20,211 bases of DNA. It comes from an uncultured archaeon. GTDB taxonomy: Archaea; Asgardarchaeota; Heimdallarchaeia; Heimdallarchaeales; Heimdallarchaeaceae. The position numbers and the translations under genes were made by a program. The stretch lies in NCBI GenBank assembly GCA_964549075.1, contig CAZJUB010000046.1, positions 1-20,211 on the forward strand, in the 5' to 3' direction. How positions within the stretch are numbered: the stretch's first letter is position 1; every line of letters begins with the position of its first letter. This document shows positions 15,496 through 20,211 of the stretch, piece after piece. The notes beneath the pieces are model-generated. The model had not been told where the DNA came from. It worked only from the letters and a program-made list of their open reading frames with translations, and ran no database searches.

Positions 15496-17181
15496 CTATG
15501 TTACAATTAATTTTGTACCTCCTATGGTTTTTACCAGAAACAATATACACACAATAGCTGCACCGAGAAGAAAAACTAAAGCTAATGCGCTGAAAAACAC
15601 TTGAGTAATAGAAGAAATATAGATTGACGCAATTAGAATTAAATAGACAACCATCACTATTACAATCAATGCTAAGATTGCAGATATATTTAGAGAGATA
15701 AGTATTGATTTAACTCTATTTTCTTTCATTCTATACCAATATATTGCTGTACCAATTGATATCAGCACCCCAAGAATAAAAATAGCTTGACCTAGAAAAT
15801 CTAAGGTACTTGAAGCTTCAACAAAAACAAAGATAAAAATAACAATCAAACCAAATCCGAGAATTCTTGTAATTCCTACTGCTACATTAACATACAAAGG
15901 TGGAGAAGAAGCAGACATCTTTTCAGTTAAGGAAGTGACTTCAGATCCACATGCCCAACAATTTCTAGAGAACGCAGGTATAACTTGATTGCAATTCTCA
16001 CACTGTAATTTTGGAAATGACCAGCAATTTAAACAAAATTCTCCATTATAAAGAACAACTTGACACTCGGGACATCGCATGAGCTCAGCTGATTCATCAT
16101 AGATTTCTTTAATGACTTTGCTTCTTTTAAATTTAAAACTTAATTTGCGATAATTTGTCTCAGGTAAACTACAATCTGCAGCAGCATGTTCAGTATAACA
16201 TTTAGAACATAATTTTGGAACTTTGAATAAAATCCACAACATAAAAAACGCAAATAAACCATAGGAAACATAACCTAAAATCTTTATATTGTTTAGTCTG
16301 ACAGCAACATCCTCTACAATCCAGAAATTACTGTTCCATAAACCATGAAAAACACTCGCAAGTGAAAGAGACACTATGAAAAGTAATATTTTCAAAACCT
16401 TATTCAGATTCTTTCGATGAACAAAAATCCAACCTACACCAAATGCAGTAATCATTGTTGTTACACTGTGAAGAGGATAAATTGTTCTATTCGATATCAA
16501 AAAAACTGGATCTGAAGTAACTGAAAAAGATAGAAGTTGTTCAAATAAATCAAACCATGCTCCAAAGAAAGCTCCAAAAAGAATGAATGAACGATGTGAA
16601 GGAGTTAAAGATGTAGCTAAGTTCTTATCTTTTACTGAAATCTTAGCGAAATTCCCCATCAGTATTAAAATAGGAAAAATCTTAGCTATTTCTTCAAGTA
16701 CAGGTACTAAATATACATAGAAAATCACATTTATTAGCTCTGCTAATGTTAAATCAGTAGCTACTCCAAAAAACATAGGTGTCTCTACTAATACATTTAC
16801 AAGTGAAAGAAATTTGTTTTCAATGACTATTGCCAAATATGCTGTTAAAACGCCTAAAATAATTAATAGAGTAAATATTTTTTTTACTGTTGATTTCTCT
16901 ACTGTTGTTCCTGTTATTGAAAACATAATAAATGCACTTGTGATCCAGACACCAAATCCTGTAAATATTACAAAAATTGAAACTATTTGGAAATATCTAG
17001 AATAAATAAAATAAACTCTGAGTAGATATGCGATAAAGAAGAAAAACGCATACAATAGTCCGAGAGATACAATCTTTGCTAATGTTGAGATATTACGAAT
17101 TTTATTGTAGAGATGTCTTTTTGGTACTAAAACTGAGTTTATTGATTCTTTAGATTGAGACATACCAATAGACTGAGTCAT
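15496..17181 (-). CDS. prsW: PrsW-family glutamic intramembrane protease fused to a CCHC knuckle, double zinc ribbon and 4 extra TM helices
   Basis: Motif 1 PVLEEIAK (EExxK), motif 2 GAFFGAWFDLFEQ (FxxxE), motif 3 PLHS, motif 4 HGLWN; then CSKCYTEHAAADC, CPEC-x9-CLNC and CENC-x10-CWAC. The symbol is family-level only. Confidence 0.85.
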   Translation of the reverse strand: MTQSIGMSQSKESINSVLVPKRHLYNKIRNISTLAKIVSLGLLYAFFFFIAYLLRVYFIYSRYFQIVSIFVIFTGFGVWITSAFIMFSITGTTVEKSTVKKIFTLLIILGVLTAYLAIVIENKFLSLVNVLVETPMFFGVATDLTLAELINVIFYVYLVPVLEEIAKIFPILILMGNFAKISVKDKNLATSLTPSHRSFILFGAFFGAWFDLFEQLLSFSVTSDPVFLISNRTIYPLHSVTTMITAFGVGWIFVHRKNLNKVLKILLFIVSLSLASVFHGLWNSNFWIVEDVAVRLNNIKILGYVSYGLFAFFMLWILFKVPKLCSKCYTEHAAADCSLPETNYRKLSFKFKRSKVIKEIYDESAELMRCPECQVVLYNGEFCLNCWSFPKLQCENCNQVIPAFSRNCWACGSEVTSLTEKMSASSPPLYVNVAVGITRILGFGLIVIFIFVFVEASSTLDFLGQAIFILGVLISIGTAIYWYRMKENRVKSILISLNISAILALIVIVMVVYLILIASIYISSITQVFFSALALVFLLGAAIVCILFLVKTIGGTKLIVT

Positions 17182-17247
17182 ATTATCTCTCCAAAAATCA
17201 GTGATGAACTTGCTCTGATTCTCTCTTTCTAAAATTTATATTATACA

Positions 17248-17262
17248 CTTAAATCTATTTTG
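17248..17262 (-). promoter_or_regulatory. Putative BRE-TATA promoter of operon A
   Basis: The - strand reads CCAAAATAG-ATTTAAG about 67 nt upstream of ATG17181; the same AGATTTAA core occurs upstream of the 84-aa gene. Confidence 0.35.
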
Positions 17263-17299
17263 GGTTAAAATACAATTTTCTCTAGTTATTACAATAATT

Positions 17300-17330
17300 G
17301 AAAAAGAATGAATAAGAGATAATAATCTCT
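17300..17330 (-). terminator. Possible terminator after the 84-aa gene (6-bp hairpin plus T-tract)
   Basis: The - strand reads AGAGAT-TATT-ATCTCT 4 nt after the stop, followed by CTTTTTC. Confidence 0.35.
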
Positions 17331-17334
17331 CAGT

Positions 17335-17589
17335 TTACTCAATCAATGCTGCTTCAGTGATATCGCCTATCGCTTTGAACAATCCAATGAAGAAAATAAA
17401 CAATCCTGCAACTAAACCGATAAACCACACAAATTGAATTTCCGCGGGTACAGTTAGCGCAATAAAGCCAAATTGTGCGACTCCTCCATTAAATAAGGCA
17501 AATGCTGAAAATATAGCGATCAATAACGGAATTAAGCCGGTGATAATAAATATTGCAGAAACCTTCAAAGCTTGTAGAATACTTACCAA
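17335..17589 (-). CDS. Small two-TM membrane protein of unknown function (84 aa)
   Basis: TTG start with strong AGGAGG SD 8 nt upstream; two hydrophobic helices; fills an otherwise empty interval. Confidence 0.75.
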   Translation of the reverse strand: MVSILQALKVSAIFIITGLIPLLIAIFSAFALFNGGVAQFGFIALTVPAEIQFVWFIGLVAGLFIFFIGLFKAIGDITEAALIE

Positions 17590-17641
17590 GTAGTTAGCCT
17601 CCTAATACATTTAATACTATAATTCATAAGGAGAAAAGTTC

Positions 17642-17658
17642 TTTTAAATCTGTTGTTG
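17642..17658 (-). promoter_or_regulatory. Putative BRE-TATA promoter of the 84-aa gene
   Basis: The - strand reads CAACAACAG-ATTTAAAA about 53 nt upstream of TTG17589. Confidence 0.35.
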
Positions 17659-17673
17659 GTGTCTGCTGAATAT

Positions 17674-18393
17674 TTAAACAAGCTCTGTGAGTTTCTGTAT
17701 TTTTGCTTTAATCTCAGTAATTCGACTTTTGTTACCAGCAAGTTGATAATTCTGTAAAGCTTCGGTATAATATTTTAAAGCAAGATCCGGACGTTCATCT
17801 TCTACAAAAAGAGCATTATAGTATGCTAAATGAGCTTTAATTACTGGTTCTTCAGATCCTTTTTCCTCTATCAATTCTACAGCTTTATTCAGATAGAGCT
17901 TTCGACCAGAAATGTTTTTCTCTGCTGCAGCTCTGGATATGTAGGATTTAGCTTTACAATCCAGTTCATCAGCTTTCTTTCCAAATTTCTGATAAGCTAT
18001 TGCAGCTCTCTCAAAATACGAAGCAGCTTCTACAAACTTCTTATCTTGCATATGTTGGCGTGCAACGACTCTTAATATTTTTGCCTGATGTTCAAAAACT
18101 CTTTGGCTTTCAATTATCATACCTAATCTTTGGTAAAAATCTCCTGATCGACCCAGATAATTAGCAGCTTCTAATGCTTTATTAAATTTTATTGCGTTCA
18201 TCCCTTGATATTCATTAAGTAATGCTTTTACCATATCAAGTTTTTTACGGTTTTTTTCCTCTTCCAAAATTCCAAGAGCATTTTGAGTAAATTCTATAGC
18301 CTTTTGATAGTCTTTTCTTTGTGCTGCTTGTTTTGCATTTCCTAATTCCTCATTTGCTTTTTCTGTTGTGGATCTTTTCATGCTTTTAAACAA
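17674..18393 (-). CDS. Tetratricopeptide/SNAP-like alpha-helical repeat protein (239 aa)
   Basis: Recurrent helical hairpins: YQKAIEFTQNALGI, EAANYLGRSGDFYQRLG, EAASYFERAAIAYQKFG, LALKYYTEALQNYQLAG. TTG start with AGGTG SD 7 nt upstream. Confidence 0.75.
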   Translation of the reverse strand: MFKSMKRSTTEKANEELGNAKQAAQRKDYQKAIEFTQNALGILEEEKNRKKLDMVKALLNEYQGMNAIKFNKALEAANYLGRSGDFYQRLGMIIESQRVFEHQAKILRVVARQHMQDKKFVEAASYFERAAIAYQKFGKKADELDCKAKSYISRAAAEKNISGRKLYLNKAVELIEEKGSEEPVIKAHLAYYNALFVEDERPDLALKYYTEALQNYQLAGNKSRITEIKAKIQKLTELV

Positions 18394-18427
18394 GGATGAA
18401 CACCTATGGTCAAGTTAGATGAACTAG

Positions 18428-18441
18428 TTTAAAATTTTTAG
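18428..18441 (-). promoter_or_regulatory. Putative BRE-TATA promoter of the TPR gene
   Basis: The - strand reads CTAAAAA-TTTTAAA about 35 nt upstream of TTG18393. Confidence 0.4.
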
Positions 18442-18474
18442 TGTTTTTAAAGTAGTGTTGTTGACAGCTTGATT

Positions 18475-19233
18475 CTATTGAAATAATCTTCGTTCATCTT
18501 CAAATTTTAATTCTTCAACTGAGGATATTGGTGATTTAAATTCAAGACCTCTTACTATTACAACAGGAACCATTTCACCTGCTTGACCCATAACCAACTC
18601 TGCTGCTGAAGAAACTTCATCAGCTAATGCAATAATAGTAGATTTAAGTTCATAACCAAAAATATCCTTCCTACCTCTAGCATCATCTATTACAGGAAAT
18701 TTGTACGAACCAATTGCAACATTTATAGCTCCTCTCCTCAAAGCTCTTCCATGAGTATCGGAAACAATTATTGAAATAGCTTTATTAAATTGCTCTTCTA
18801 GACTTCTACCTATTTTTTCAGCAGAAATATCAGAATTTTTAGGCAGGGTCACTGCACAATTTGGTCGGGAATTCGACTGGTCAACTGCAGAATTCGCAGA
18901 TATCCAACCGTGCCTAGATTTAGTGATTATAATATTATTCTGAACTTTTAGAATCTTTTCTGCTTCTTTAAGGATTAAGTGAACTAGAGCAGGATCTTTA
19001 CCAGTTTTTCTAGCTATTAATTCAGCAATAGGAGAAGGATCAAGTGAAGGAATAAAATACTCATTGCCTTCTGCTCTAGAAATAATAGTATGAGCTATAA
19101 CAACAACATCCCCATCTTCTAACGAAAGATTTGTTCTATTGAGAGAATCTATTATTAATTGGGAGATATCATCCCCTTGTTTTATTATAGGTAATTGTAA
19201 AGGGATGAGTTCTACTCTAGATATTTCACTCAC
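18475..19233 (-). CDS. cofE: Coenzyme F420-0:L-glutamate (gamma-glutamyl) ligase
   Basis: LPIIKQGDDI, DGDVVVIAHTIISRAEG, ANSAVDQSN, IIVSDTHGRALRRGAINVAIG, GRKDIFGYELKST..ALADEVSSAAELVMGQAGE.VPVVIVRG. Confidence 0.93.
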   Translation of the reverse strand: MSEISRVELIPLQLPIIKQGDDISQLIIDSLNRTNLSLEDGDVVVIAHTIISRAEGNEYFIPSLDPSPIAELIARKTGKDPALVHLILKEAEKILKVQNNIIITKSRHGWISANSAVDQSNSRPNCAVTLPKNSDISAEKIGRSLEEQFNKAISIIVSDTHGRALRRGAINVAIGSYKFPVIDDARGRKDIFGYELKSTIIALADEVSSAAELVMGQAGEMVPVVIVRGLEFKSPISSVEELKFEDERRLFQ

Positions 19234-19253
19234 CTTTTCATTAAGTTATTAAT

Positions 19254-20211
19254 TTAAGACTCAATTGGAGGTAAAGGTTTTACATGCCTTTTCTTTGAGG
19301 AAGAGAGTTTCTTTGCACCAGCTAAAGCTTCGTCCCACTTATCTTCTGATACCTTTTCAACATCAAGGACATTTTCTTTCAGTGCGAAATCAAATAACAC
19401 TTTTCCAGCTTCTGTTCGTATAATAATTATATTACTATCATCATCTACACCTATATTTCCTACATATATGTCAGCAAATTCTGAGGTAAAATCAGCACAA
19501 TAGTTGCAACCTTCTGCTTTTGCTTCAGCACATTCCTTAATTTTAATGTCTGTTGTTCCATCAGGTGCGACAAAGAAGAATTTTCCTCTTGCACAATCTG
19601 TTTTATTTAATGTTTCTGCATTCAAACCTAAATTTTCAGTTACAATACTTCGGAAATCAGATGATTTATAACTACTCATACAGAATAAGCCAATTTTGTA
19701 GTCTACTCTAAAATCAACACCTAAATTTTTCATTTCAATTGCATTTGATAAGGTCTCATTATGACATGGAAGCCCAACGCAAGCTACTTTTTCTTTGAGA
19801 CTTAATTTAATTGAAGGCAATTTTGTAAGAACTGGATTAAGAGTATATTTAGATCTTGATGCTTTTCTTATATCAAGTTCATTAAGAGCTAGCATTGGAG
19901 CTGGACTAAGGAGGTCAGTAAAATGGCCAGTAACTAAAGCTCCATCAATCTTCTGTTTTTGCATAGCAATAAGAAGCAAAGTAGTAACAACACCACCGTT
20001 TTGGGAATTTTCTTTAATATCCTTTAGTTTAGATTTACCTCGATAAACCTCGAGAATTTCACCTATACTATCTTCTTCTATTATGCGTTGTTCTTTTCTT
20101 TGTCTAAATCTCAAACACACATCAACGCAAGCTCCACAAGAGATACACCCTCCTATTAGCTTAGGAACCAATTGCTCAATTGAAATCACATACACAGGAC
20201 AAACACCCTCA
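19254..20211 (-). CDS. F420-dependent oxidoreductase subunit: N-terminal 2x[4Fe-4S] ferredoxin plus FrhB/FdhB domain (FpoF/FqoF-like architecture); 5'-truncated at the window edge
   Basis: The frame stays open upstream of the track's GTG20195 and reads EGVCPVYVISIE (tail of the first ferredoxin motif); then CISCGACVDVC, SQNGGVVTTLL, SKYT, VGLPCH, IGLFCM and GCNYCADFTSEFADIYVG. Confidence 0.9.
   Translation of the reverse strand, partial: EGVCPVYVISIEQLVPKLIGGCISCGACVDVCLRFRQRKEQRIIEEDSIGEILEVYRGKSKLKDIKENSQNGGVVTTLLLIAMQKQKIDGALVTGHFTDLLSPAPMLALNELDIRKASRSKYTLNPVLTKLPSIKLSLKEKVACVGLPCHNETLSNAIEMKNLGVDFRVDYKIGLFCMSSYKSSDFRSIVTENLGLNAETLNKTDCARGKFFFVAPDGTTDIKIKECAEAKAEGCNYCADFTSEFADIYVGNIGVDDDSNIIIIRTEAGKVLFDFALKENVLDVEKVSEDKWDEALAGAKKLSSSKKRHVKPLPPIES

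Noticed and set aside
9241-17181. Operon A as an anti-phage defence system or mobile island
   Set aside because: No nuclease, toxin, integrase or transposase genes, no att-like repeats and no obvious compositional break; the content fits an envelope-associated MoxR-proper locus.
14935-20046. + strand ORFs 14935-15150, 15372-15557, 16814-17005, 17830-18075 and 19795-20046
   Set aside because: Short antisense ORFs over well-supported - strand genes.
20193-20195. GTG20195 as start of the FrhB-family gene
   Set aside because: The frame is open to the window edge and encodes EGVCP, part of a ferredoxin motif; the real start lies outside the window.

Overview
AT-rich (roughly one-third GC by eye), gene-dense archaeal DNA. 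GGTGA/GGAGG Shine-Dalgarno sites, BRE-TATA-like promoters and F420 genes support an archaeal origin; the protein style is compatible with an Asgard/Heimdallarchaeia-like lineage, but that is inference. Almost all genes are on the - strand. The window is dominated by two paralogous cell-envelope operons of the MoxR/DUF58/DUF4350/DUF4129 type, separated by an oppositely oriented thyX. Operon A (17181->9241) encodes a PrsW-family intramembrane protease fused to three Zn-finger units, a membrane protein with a 4-Cys domain, a mucin-stalk/DUF4129 protein, DUF4350, the MoxR AAA+ ATPase, DUF58/vWA and a membrane protein. Operon B (8052-><1) encodes a TgpA-like transglutaminase-fold protein that has lost its Cys-His-Asp triad, a 1224-aa single-pass Ig-repeat/DUF4129 receptor-like protein, a stand-alone DUF4129 protein and a second DUF4350 gene that the ORF track missed and that runs off the left edge. 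The right end holds a small membrane protein, a TPR/SNAP-like protein, cofE and a 5'-truncated ferredoxin-FrhB gene. ThyX carries an RKR variant of the RHR signature. I saw no RNA genes, CRISPR arrays or mobile elements. All family calls come from motif recognition by eye, not database searches.
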